The notes beneath the pieces were generated by a model. That model saw only the letters and a program-made list of their open reading frames with translations. It did not search any database and was not told the origin of the DNA. Both the position numbers and the translations under genes were made by a program. Below are positions 29,875 to 38,251 of a stretch of DNA of 46,029 nt, in pieces; position 1 is the stretch's first letter; the number at the start of each line of letters is the position of its first letter. This DNA comes from Candidatus Nanopelagicales bacterium (lineage in GTDB: Bacteria > Actinomycetota > Actinomycetes > S36-B12), in NCBI GenBank assembly GCA_044336815.1, contig JBIIOU010000003.1, positions 1-46,029 of the forward strand. Direction: 5' to 3'.

Positions 29875-31698
29875 GTGGTCTCACGCCGTTTTCGTTTCTT
29901 CACAATTTGGGCTGCTTCACTTTTCGCGCTGTCGGCTGGTTTTGCCTCAGCCGCCAGTGCTCCTCATGCCGAAGCGTCGATAAATCCGTGGGAGTCAATT
30001 ATCTCCTACGACGTCGTTGCTCAGGTGCAGCCAAATACCGACATGTTGATCACCGAAACAATTGTGTACGACCCTGGCACCGACGAGGTTCACCGCGGCA
30101 TCCTGCGCGATATCCCACTGCAAGATGTGCTATCTAATGGTGACATTCGCACCTACGGTGTTGAGATCGAATCAATTAGTCGTGACGGCGCTGAAGTTAT
30201 GTATGAGCAATCCGAGTCTGACTCCTTTATCAACCTGCGAATCGGTGATCCAAATATCCCGATCGAAGGTCTACATACTTTTGTGATCTCCTACCGGGTC
30301 ACCGATGCCTTGGATGTCATCGAGGCAAGTGACCTCACGGCAAACTCACCCGAAAATATTAGTGCTGGCGATATTGGGTTGTATTGGGATTTCATCGGCT
30401 CCCAATGGCCATTTCCGATTTATCGAGGCAGTGCGGCGATAACCGGGCCTACCCCGGCCTTGATAGCGAATTGCTACGCCGGCCCCCAGGGCTCAACGAG
30501 TCAGTGCGTGGTTCAAGAAAATGTTGGCCCGCAGGCTGCCGTAGTTATGGTGGCTGATCTCAGCGCAGGTGGCGGCTTGACCGGTGTTCTCGGTTGGGCT
30601 CCAACCGGGTTCACCGAATTGCCGACTCCAAATATCGTCGCTGACCCAAAAGTCGCGGAGATGGAGCGGGCCTCCTCTTTATTGCCACTGTTCCTACTGC
30701 TTGGTGCAGCTGCCCTAGTCGCGCCCATCGTGATTGCGGTAATGCGCCGGCGCACTAGTGCTGGCGTGGTACTCGGTGCGACCCCGGTCCGCTATCAGCC
30801 ACCGCAGGGCTTGCGGCCAGCACAAGTACAAGCTGGGATTGATGGCACGGTTGACACCCGCGGCTACTCGGCAACCCTGCTAGACCTGGCAGCGCGCGGT
30901 CACATCACCGTCAAGGAGCAGGCGGGTGGCCGGTTCCAAAGCGGTGGCATGGAGCTGAGCTGGACGGGCACCGGCAAAGATGAGATGGCCGATTGGGAGA
31001 CCGCCCTGCTCGCGGCGATCTTCAAGGGCTCTCCAACTGCAACCATCGGTGAGTACGACGAGATTCTTGCGGCGGCTACCACGTCACTTTCAAGTACATT
31101 GGCGGCTGACGCTGCCAAATCAGGTCGGTACAACCCTCTTGGTGATGTACCTGATCGGCCCTACAAGTTACTCGCCCTACTGGGCGGCCTCATGCTTGCC
31201 GCGGGGTTGGCGGCACTTGTTATCGCTGCCGCCTACACCAGTGGCTCGGGGCTAGCGGTCATCGGGTTGGGGCTTTTGCTCGGCGGTATTGCTGGCGCCA
31301 TCATCACTCCCCGCCAACAGACAAAAGTTTCTGCGGCATTTTTAGGGGAGGTCGAAGGGTTCAAGCGACTGCTTAATTCGGATTCGGCTGATGCCCGCCG
31401 CGATTTCGCCCAAAAAATAAACCTACCCCCGGCCGCCATCTTTGCAACCTTCTTGCCGTATGCGGTGGTACTTGGGCTCGAAGATACTTGGATGAAGAAC
31501 TTCCCTGACCTTCGCCCAGAAGAGTTGCAGAACTATGGGATCTATGTAGCAAGTATGTATGCGATGTACGGGTGGTCATCTAGCATGGAGTCTAACTTTA
31601 GTTCGGGCATGACCGAACGCTCAAGTGATTCGGGTTTCAGTGGTGGCGGCGGTTTCAGTGGTGGTGGCGGCGGCGGTGGCGGCGGCGGATCGTTCTAG
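29875..31698 (+). CDS. DUF2207-family membrane protein
   Basis: Signal peptide, ITETI..RGILRDIP, LYWDFIG, ATLLDLAARG, LPYAVVLG and a Gly-rich GGGGGGGSF tail. Typical LemA partner. Confidence 0.88.
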   Translation: MVSRRFRFFTIWAASLFALSAGFASAASAPHAEASINPWESIISYDVVAQVQPNTDMLITETIVYDPGTDEVHRGILRDIPLQDVLSNGDIRTYGVEIESISRDGAEVMYEQSESDSFINLRIGDPNIPIEGLHTFVISYRVTDALDVIEASDLTANSPENISAGDIGLYWDFIGSQWPFPIYRGSAAITGPTPALIANCYAGPQGSTSQCVVQENVGPQAAVVMVADLSAGGGLTGVLGWAPTGFTELPTPNIVADPKVAEMERASSLLPLFLLLGAAALVAPIVIAVMRRRTSAGVVLGATPVRYQPPQGLRPAQVQAGIDGTVDTRGYSATLLDLAARGHITVKEQAGGRFQSGGMELSWTGTGKDEMADWETALLAAIFKGSPTATIGEYDEILAAATTSLSSTLAADAAKSGRYNPLGDVPDRPYKLLALLGGLMLAAGLAALVIAAAYTSGSGLAVIGLGLLLGGIAGAIITPRQQTKVSAAFLGEVEGFKRLLNSDSADARRDFAQKINLPPAAIFATFLPYAVVLGLEDTWMKNFPDLRPEELQNYGIYVASMYAMYGWSSSMESNFSSGMTERSSDSGFSGGGGFSGGGGGGGGGGSF

Positions 31699-31865
31699 TC
31701 GTTAGTGCCCTCAAAGCAATTACATATGTTCCCCCCGATGAACATAGCCGAGGGGTTGAGGGAGTCGCTGTTACCGGCCACACCGGGGCGCACCGATGCA
31801 ACAACAAGTGCAAGCCGATCAGTTGGCGCTGAACTTGCGGGTGCCGCAACATTGATAATTGGCAT
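31695..31865 (-). CDS. Small peptide A, 56 aa: MPIINVAAPASSAPTDRLALVVASVRPGVAGNSDSLNPSAMFIGGNICNCFEGTND
   Basis: GGAG 6 nt before the ATG. Paralogous to peptide B, with many synonymous differences. Confidence 0.8.
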   Translation of the reverse strand: MPIINVAAPASSAPTDRLALVVASVRPGVAGNSDSLNPSAMFIGGNICNCFEGTND

Positions 31866-31978
31866 TTGATGCTCCGATCTTGTAGTCGTAAACCTATTCG
31901 TTGAGTGGTGGGCTGTTATAAATATACATCTATGTTTTTCTTGTAACAACCCAACACACAACGAAGCACGCGGGGACT

Positions 31979-32140
31979 TTACTCGTCACTACCCTCAAAG
32001 CAGATACAGGGATGGCTGTGCCAAGATGGGTTTAGGGTGCCGGCGCTACTGGCCACATCCTGCCGCAATAAAACTACGCCGAGTGCGAGCCGATCGGTTG
32101 GCGCTGAACTTGCTGGTGTCGCAATATTGACACTTGGCAT
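31979..32140 (-). CDS. Small peptide B, 53 aa: MPSVNIATPASSAPTDRLALGVVLLRQDVASSAGTLNPSWHSHPCICFEGSDE
   Basis: Manually translated (below the ORF-track cutoff). GGAG 6 nt before the ATG. Paralogue of peptide A. Confidence 0.8.
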   Translation of the reverse strand: MPSVNIATPASSAPTDRLALGVVLLRQDVASSAGTLNPSWHSHPCICFEGSDE

Positions 32141-32252
32141 TTGGTTCTCCAATCACTTGATGGGTCAATACCCGAACGGGCACCTACTTCAACGGTACGT
32201 CACAAAACGTCATTTACCTAGGTTTCTGTGAAACTTTCTGCACCAGCCCCGC

Positions 32253-32264
32253 TACCCTTGGAGT
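32253..32264 (+). promoter_or_regulatory. Leaderless-type -10 element for the DsbA/FrnE gene
   Basis: TACCCT (32253-32258) lies exactly 6 nt before the GTG start. Confidence 0.45.
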
Positions 32265-32915
32265 GTGATTATTGAGGTTTGGGCGGATGTCGTTTGCCCT
32301 TGGTGTTTTATCGGCAAGCGGCGGCTGGAACGAGCAATCGCGGTACTGCCGGAGCTACCTGAACTTGAAGTCGTTCATCGAGCATTTCAACTCGATCCCG
32401 GGGCGATTTCTGAAGGCGGGCTCACGGTCGATTTGTTGGCGAGCAAGTACGGACTGGATCCTGAGGGAGTAAGGAGCATGCTCGGGCAGGTTGACTCAGC
32501 GGGGGCAACCGAAGGCCTGACAATGCGGTTACACGAAACCCAAAGGGGCAACACTTCCTTTGCCCACCAGTTGATTTTATGGGCGCAACAGCAGGGTAGT
32601 GGACAAGAGCTCCTCGAGGGGATCTTCAGTGGCTATTTCGAAAATGCGCTCCCGATATTTACCATAGATGAACTAATGCCATTCGTGCGCGCTGCTGGTT
32701 TGGATGCCGAAGTTGCACGTGAGGTAATTGCCGCTGGCTCGTATCAAAGTGCGGTGGCGGCTGACCTCGAGATGGCGGCGCAGTTTGGTGCAACCGGGGT
32801 TCCATTCTTTGTTTTTGATCGCAGATTTGGGATTTCTGGGGCCCAGCCGTTTGAGGTATTCGTCGAGACGATAACCAAGGCGCTCGAGTCACCGCTAGAT
32901 AAGTCGAGTGTTTAG
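32265..32915 (+). CDS. DsbA-family (FrnE-like) thiol-disulfide oxidoreductase, cytoplasmic
   Basis: DVVCPWCFIGKRRL, FQLDP, GVPFFVF and SGAQP motifs. No signal peptide. Confidence 0.93.
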   Translation: MIIEVWADVVCPWCFIGKRRLERAIAVLPELPELEVVHRAFQLDPGAISEGGLTVDLLASKYGLDPEGVRSMLGQVDSAGATEGLTMRLHETQRGNTSFAHQLILWAQQQGSGQELLEGIFSGYFENALPIFTIDELMPFVRAAGLDAEVAREVIAAGSYQSAVAADLEMAAQFGATGVPFFVFDRRFGISGAQPFEVFVETITKALESPLDKSSV

Positions 32916-32923
32916 AGCCTGAG

Positions 32924-34180
32924 CTATGAAGTGCAGGCAGCGCGGGCGGCTCGTACGCGGCCAACAGTAAGGGCATTAATGCAACTGAGTTGAAGTGCCG
33001 GAGTGGTCGCCGAGGAGGATCCATCGGTTACCGCTTGGGCGACAGTGGTTGCGAGGTCCAGCCGAGTCAAACTTGCCGCCATCGTCACCAAGTCTCGCTC
33101 GGCTCCACTATTGATAGCGGTGGTTCGAAGATCTTCACGCACCGCGGCGCGCTCATCCTCAGGCAGGGCGCGCAGCCCTGACCAGATGTATACCCACTGT
33201 AAGCGCTTGGCCTGGTCAACCGCCGACCCGATTTGGCCGTAGCCGAGTGAAGAAACCAATTGGGCGGCTAGGTCAATGCGACGCTCAGCGGCCGCATCGG
33301 TGATCACCACTGGATACTCTGCCTGCAATGAGGTGGGAGGCACAAAACTTTGGCTGAGCGCGATCCAAGTTGAGCTCGGCGCCTGCGGTTCTCCACCTAG
33401 CTCACCACCAAGCTCACCACCAAGCTCACCACCGGGCCGAGTGCTTGAAGTAAGTGGAGTCTCTTCAGACCCCCCGTAGATTAAAGTCAAATGATCACTC
33501 CCCGATGGGTAAGCGATTGCCATGTTGTAGGTGTCGTTACCAGCTTGCAGGGTCCACTGCCCGGTTGCGAAGTTGTAGCGGGCCCCGCTGCTGTAACCGG
33601 CGACATTACCGACGCCGTTTGCGGCGGCTGCCGCCTCGACTGGATCCTGCACAGTTTGCAAAACAAGGCGCTGACCGGCCCAGTAGCCTCCGCCATAGCC
33701 CGGGTTTCCTGGCACTAGCGGACTGTTCGCCCCGCAAACTTCTGGAGTGCAAACTATTACACCTCCGGTGACGTTGCCATTTTCATCAACCAGTGCCCAC
33801 CCAGCATGCTCACCCGGGCATAGGCCGCGCCCGGTGACACAGCCCGGATCAGGGTTTGGCACGGGGGGGCAGCCACGGTTCCACGAACCGTAAACGGTCG
33901 GGCATACCTCACCATAAGAATTCGTCGAGGGGGTTGGTGTTGCTGACGGCGTCGCCATCAAGATCTCGTGCGGCAGCGGGGTAGTCAAGGTTGAGCTGGG
34001 ACTAGGAACTGGGGTCAGTGTCGGGGTCGGGGTCGGGGTCGGCTCTGGAACTGGCGTGCTACTAGCACTCGGACTCGGTGCGGGGGTCGGATCCGCGTCA
34101 ACACCGAAAGCGGGTACCGCCAGGGCGAAACTGCAGATCCCGATAAGGAACGAGCCGGCCAACCAACGCTTACCAGTCAT
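32924..34180 (-). CDS. Secreted hypothetical protein with a Pro/Thr linker and a Cys-rich domain
   Basis: Signal peptide ending PAFG, a PTPT/PSPS linker, six Cys in CPTVY...CTPEVCG and a GGEL repeat. Confidence 0.7.
   Translation of the reverse strand: MTGKRWLAGSFLIGICSFALAVPAFGVDADPTPAPSPSASSTPVPEPTPTPTPTLTPVPSPSSTLTTPLPHEILMATPSATPTPSTNSYGEVCPTVYGSWNRGCPPVPNPDPGCVTGRGLCPGEHAGWALVDENGNVTGGVIVCTPEVCGANSPLVPGNPGYGGGYWAGQRLVLQTVQDPVEAAAAANGVGNVAGYSSGARYNFATGQWTLQAGNDTYNMAIAYPSGSDHLTLIYGGSEETPLTSSTRPGGELGGELGGELGGEPQAPSSTWIALSQSFVPPTSLQAEYPVVITDAAAERRIDLAAQLVSSLGYGQIGSAVDQAKRLQWVYIWSGLRALPEDERAAVREDLRTTAINSGAERDLVTMAASLTRLDLATTVAQAVTDGSSSATTPALQLSCINALTVGRVRAARAACTS
33390..33433 (-). repeat. 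12-bp coding tandem repeat (GGEL x ~3.5)
   Basis: AGCTCACCACCA units on the + strand. Confidence 0.75.
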
Positions 34181-34254
34181 GGCATTACCTCTGGATTCAT
34201 TTCACCAAACTAGGCGGCACCCCTGACAATCCAGTTGTACGTACGCGAAGTGAG

Positions 34255-35124
34255 TTAGAACAACACCCTAGCCAGGTCACGGTACTGCTGTCGCGGAAAC
34301 TCGGAAGATTCACCATTTAAGACCTGCACGCAAACCGAATCTGCACCCGCCGCGATCTGGGCAGCAACCCGCTCGGCTATTGCGTCAACATCACCCCAAG
34401 CGATAAGGGCATCTACTAAGTGGTCACTGCCGCCATCGCGGAAGTCATCCTCACTAAACCCAAGGCGGATCAAGTTATTGGTGTAGTTGGGCAACCCTAG
34501 ATAGAGCTCCATGTGGTTTCGAGCAATCGCTCTAGCCAATTGCGGATCCGTCTCGAGCACCACTCCTTGCTCAGGTATCAACTGCGCATTCGGGCCCATC
34601 ACTTCGCGGGCAAATGAGGTGTACTCAACAGGCACGAAATACGGGTGCGCACCCGATGAACGCTCCGAAGCCAATTTCAGCATTCGCGGGCCGAGTGCCG
34701 CCAGCACAAGCCGGTCATGTGGCACCGACGGTTGCTGCACATCTAGCTCATCTAGGTAGTTGACCATGCGGCTAAGTGGACGCTCATAGGTTTGGTTTGA
34801 TGCTTCAACGATGCGGCCATGGCTGGCGCCCAAGCCCAGTAAGAAACGGCCAGGGTGCAGTTGCTCTAGGGAGTTGAAGGCGCTGGTCGTATCGGCTGCG
34901 GAGGAGTGCCAGATACTTAAAATGCCACTGGCTACTGTCATGTGCTTTGTCGCTGCCAAGAGATCACCGAAAACACTTGGAATCCCGACTCCAAAACCCG
35001 CGGAGAGCCAAAGGCTTTCGTAGCCGAGTTCTTCTATCTCCGCTGCCACCTCGCACGCCTCGGTTCGGCGAGCAGGATCTAGCCAATTACCAGTGCCCCA
35101 GATACCTACGTTTGAATTCAACAT
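34255..35124 (-). CDS. LLM-class probable F420-dependent oxidoreductase
   Basis: EELGYESLW, PGRFLLGLGASH, LAALGPRML, GAHPYFV and YLGLPNYTNN motifs. GAGG RBS before the ATG at 35124. Confidence 0.88.
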   Translation of the reverse strand: MLNSNVGIWGTGNWLDPARRTEACEVAAEIEELGYESLWLSAGFGVGIPSVFGDLLAATKHMTVASGILSIWHSSAADTTSAFNSLEQLHPGRFLLGLGASHGRIVEASNQTYERPLSRMVNYLDELDVQQPSVPHDRLVLAALGPRMLKLASERSSGAHPYFVPVEYTSFAREVMGPNAQLIPEQGVVLETDPQLARAIARNHMELYLGLPNYTNNLIRLGFSEDDFRDGGSDHLVDALIAWGDVDAIAERVAAQIAAGADSVCVQVLNGESSEFPRQQYRDLARVLF

Positions 35125-35210
35125 ATTTCTAATACTACCTCTCGGCAGTTTGAACGCCAGCAAGCTCGTTAGCGGTGAAACCCCCGATTGCGGTGTGGAT
35201 GAGTCCGAGG

Positions 35211-35816
35211 CTAGGTATGAATGTCGCCATCCAAGCGCAGGGCCGCAGGTAGTAATTCCACAGCGCCAGTCGGCCAGCCGACCGGCTCGGGCCCGAGTTG
35301 GCTCAGCAAGTCAATTTGTATCAGGCACCAAGGAGAAAGTGCCAACGTTCCATTCTTAGCACCGCGCACTACCTCGGCCCAGGGCACCCAGTTGGTTCTC
35401 TCGACTTCCGCTGGATCCGGTGTGGTCACTGCAGCGGGGGCAACTACCGCCATCAATACCGGGCACATTTCATTTTCGGCGATCCCATTCATTTCTGCGT
35501 GGTATCGAAATGTTGGCAGGATCAACCGCGGATCAGTGATCTTTATGCCAAGTTCATCGCGGCAGCGCCGGGTGGCTGCCGCCTCGACTGTTTCACCGGG
35601 CAGCGGATGCCCGCAGACTGAGTTTGTCCAAAGCCCGGGGAACGTTAACTTCGATAGTGCGCGTTGGCTCAGCAGCAGCCGGTTATCAGTGTCAAAGACG
35701 TAGCAGGAGAACGCGAGGTGCAGGGGAGTTTCGCTGTGGTGGACGAGTGACTTATCCAGGCTGCCCGCCACTGTTCCGTCTGCATAAAGCAGGACTACTA
35801 ATTCAGTATCTGCCAT
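35211..35816 (-). CDS. idi: Isopentenyl-diphosphate delta-isomerase, type 1
   Basis: VHH...LHLAFSCYVF, WTNSVCGHP, ENEMCPV and SPW motifs. Confidence 0.95.
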   Translation of the reverse strand: MADTELVVLLYADGTVAGSLDKSLVHHSETPLHLAFSCYVFDTDNRLLLSQRALSKLTFPGLWTNSVCGHPLPGETVEAAATRRCRDELGIKITDPRLILPTFRYHAEMNGIAENEMCPVLMAVVAPAAVTTPDPAEVERTNWVPWAEVVRGAKNGTLALSPWCLIQIDLLSQLGPEPVGWPTGAVELLPAALRLDGDIHT

Positions 35817-35828
35817 CAAAGAATCCTA
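35817..35828 (-). promoter_or_regulatory. Leaderless-type -10 element for idi
   Basis: Minus strand TAGGAT-TCTTTG-ATG (6-nt spacing), with no SD. Confidence 0.5.
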
Positions 35829-35844
35829 AACCGGTATGAAGTGT

Positions 35845-36456
35845 TTAACTTCCCTCACATGGCAAGGCACCTTGCTGATTGCCGATTGTGCCCTTATATG
35901 TCGGTTCAAATACCTTTTGGCTGGCTATTGGGGGTACGACATAAACTAATGGGTAGGGCCCTTTGCCGACACTTTCCGGGAAGCCCTCCATGGTCACTCG
36001 TCCGACGTTTACTTGGATTGTGACATCCCCAGATTTGGTACCGGCCCAGCAACCAGATGCTTTCGTTGAATCAAGTGCCTGCGCTCGCGTGGGCTGGGTC
36101 CCGGCGGGGACACCTTTATAATGAATGACGATGTTCTGCAGCGCATTTTGATTGACTGCCCAAGGCGCGGTGAAGTTAAAACTCATCCCCTTGGTTTTGG
36201 CCGTTGGCACAGTTGCGGTCGCAACACCGTTGACTACCGTGACGGTCTTCCCCTCGTAGGGCGCACCCGATTTACCTTTTAGCCACTGCGCGGGCTGGAT
36301 GGTGCAACCGTCGCAGCCGACGACATTGAAAGTAATAGTTGTCGTGTTGGCGGCCATGGCGGCAGGGGCCAATAAAGTCGTGGCGGCAAAAGCTGTAGAG
36401 GCTAGAGCCAGGGTTAGCAGTGGGGTGGCGGTCATGGCCGCGATTCGGGTGCGCAT
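35845..36456 (-). CDS. Secreted hypothetical protein with CDGC and two more Cys
   Basis: Signal peptide (AMA site), a beta-rich body, VVGCDGCTI, SGCWAGT and a terminal LPCEGS. Confidence 0.75.
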   Translation of the reverse strand: MRTRIAAMTATPLLTLALASTAFAATTLLAPAAMAANTTTITFNVVGCDGCTIQPAQWLKGKSGAPYEGKTVTVVNGVATATVPTAKTKGMSFNFTAPWAVNQNALQNIVIHYKGVPAGTQPTRAQALDSTKASGCWAGTKSGDVTIQVNVGRVTMEGFPESVGKGPYPLVYVVPPIASQKVFEPTYKGTIGNQQGALPCEGS

Positions 36457-36468
36457 TCCTGAACGCTA
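36457..36468 (-). promoter_or_regulatory. Leaderless-type -10 element
   Basis: Minus strand TAGCGT-TCAGGA-ATG. The hexamer is the loop of a TCCTGA/TCAGGA inverted repeat (36457-36474). Confidence 0.45.
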
Positions 36469-36571
36469 TCAGGATCGCGTGAAATATCTGGTCATTTGCA
36501 GTTTCACCCGACCTGACTACACAGCGGTATGTGAACCACCTTCTTGTCAGTGGCTCACCGGCCGGGTGCAA

Positions 36572-38236
36572 TTACCTTGAGGTCATCTCGACGCCTTGAT
36601 CCTCTTCAGCCGGTTTTTTGGGACCGGTCAACTTCGACCACCATGAAGAGAGTTTGTCCTTGATCCTGCTGCCGAATCCCTTGGCTGAATCCTTAGCATC
36701 AACGGCGGTCTTGCGTGCGTTAAGTGCGGTGGTCTTCACGTCATCGACAGCATGTGAAGCTTCGGTCTTAGCTTGGTGCTTACCTGAGCTCCACAATCCT
36801 TTAAGCCAGCCGGTGATGCCGCCTTCTTTGTAGCTTTCACCGGCAACCGGGGCGGGGTCTGCTGTTTTAGCCCCGGACTTTTCCCAACCAACGCCGCCTT
36901 CACCGGTTGCTTGACCCCGTGACCTAAAACCACGATGCAAAATGCTGCCGGCTTGGGTCTGGGCGGTACCAGCGGCGCGTTCTTCCGCACTACCGCCATC
37001 AAGGTGCTTGTCGTGGGCGTCAGCCTGATCTTGTTTATTGCCACCCAGCCATTGGAAGGGTTTTGAAAGCAGTGTTCCCGCGGCTCTGGCTGCATACCCG
37101 GTGCCTTTAACCGCGGATGACGCCGTGATGCCACCCAATCCTGGAGCCACAATATGGCCGGCGGTTGCTAGGCCAGCTGTCGCTGCTTGGGTGCCGAGGC
37201 CTAAGGCGGAGACCGCTGCTGCAGTTTTCAAATTACCCTTAAGCAGGTCTTCTTCACCATCTGCGCCCGTGATTGTTTCGCCAGTTTTTTTGAGAGCTTG
37301 ACCTGGCAATGCGGCAATCTGCATGGCTTTCGTCATGCCGCTAGTTTCTGGGCGCGCCTCATTAAGCTTCTCAGACTCTTCCATTGTGCCTTCGTATGTT
37401 GCTCGATGCCCTCCATCTTGAACTGCATCGCCAAGCCTCTTTGCGGCCAGCGCCTTCACAGCCGCGGACTTAAACATGCCGGTCTTGTTTTTGCGGGCAA
37501 CCATTCGTTGCATATCTGCAGCTACGTAATCCTTGCGCGCCTCACCCGCTACGTCGGTTGGTTTTTCGCCGGAGGCTTCCTTGGCCATCCAAGCACCGGC
37601 TTGAATGCCAACGCCTAAGTGTTTGGCAACCTGGCCTGGATCAACACCCAACATGGCCTCCGAAAGGCTGGGCATGACCCCACCGCCGAGCGCTTTAGAT
37701 GCAGAGTTCACCCCGCCGATTCCGGTTGCCGAGCCGCTGACGATATTTGCGACTGTCCCGGTGATGTTGCCGGCGGTGTGGCCGCTCACTTTGTTGAAGG
37801 CATTGTCACCGCGCAGGCCGGCGCCGAAACCAGAAAGGGCATCGGTGATGCCGGATTTTTTAGGCTGTTCTTTTTCGGCTGACTGAGTTGCTGGCCCCGA
37901 GATACTGCTCGGGGGAGCTACTTTCGCGGCTTCCGGAGCAGCTGTCGCTTCAGGTTCTGGGGCCGGTTGCGCGGGAGATGCGCCGAACATCAGCGGGTCT
38001 GGATTGAGCAGCGGGTCGATATCGGTGGATTGGGACGTTATGCGTTTAGCAACCGAGGGGCGACTGGTTGCAACTTGTGGTGCTGGCGATGCAACGGCGG
38101 CGGGCTCGGTAAGTGGGCGCGAGGTACTGACTGCTGCAGCTTGGGTGGGCGCCCTCGCGGCTTCGTCCCGGGCAGCCAACCGACGGCGGTCGGCTTCTTG
38201 TTCAGCTTTCGGGTGGAGGATATGAATCATGCTCAT
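36572..38236 (-). CDS. Hypothetical Ala/Gly-rich protein, candidate CIS cargo/effector
   Basis: 554-aa ORF with AAGGAG RBS, a disordered N-terminus with EQEADR and hydrophobic Gly/Ala helices. No signal peptide. Adjacent to CIS genes. Confidence 0.7.
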   Translation of the reverse strand: MSMIHILHPKAEQEADRRRLAARDEAARAPTQAAAVSTSRPLTEPAAVASPAPQVATSRPSVAKRITSQSTDIDPLLNPDPLMFGASPAQPAPEPEATAAPEAAKVAPPSSISGPATQSAEKEQPKKSGITDALSGFGAGLRGDNAFNKVSGHTAGNITGTVANIVSGSATGIGGVNSASKALGGGVMPSLSEAMLGVDPGQVAKHLGVGIQAGAWMAKEASGEKPTDVAGEARKDYVAADMQRMVARKNKTGMFKSAAVKALAAKRLGDAVQDGGHRATYEGTMEESEKLNEARPETSGMTKAMQIAALPGQALKKTGETITGADGEEDLLKGNLKTAAAVSALGLGTQAATAGLATAGHIVAPGLGGITASSAVKGTGYAARAAGTLLSKPFQWLGGNKQDQADAHDKHLDGGSAEERAAGTAQTQAGSILHRGFRSRGQATGEGGVGWEKSGAKTADPAPVAGESYKEGGITGWLKGLWSSGKHQAKTEASHAVDDVKTTALNARKTAVDAKDSAKGFGSRIKDKLSSWWSKLTGPKKPAEEDQGVEMTSR

Positions 38237-38251
38237 GGCAGTTACTCCTTG

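Noticed and set aside
31866-31961. Upstream extension of peptide A to 88 aa
   Set aside because: The SD and the paralogue alignment both start at the ATG at 31865.
32037-32231. 64-aa plus-strand ORF
   Set aside because: Antisense to peptide B. The synonymous substitution pattern supports the minus-strand frame.
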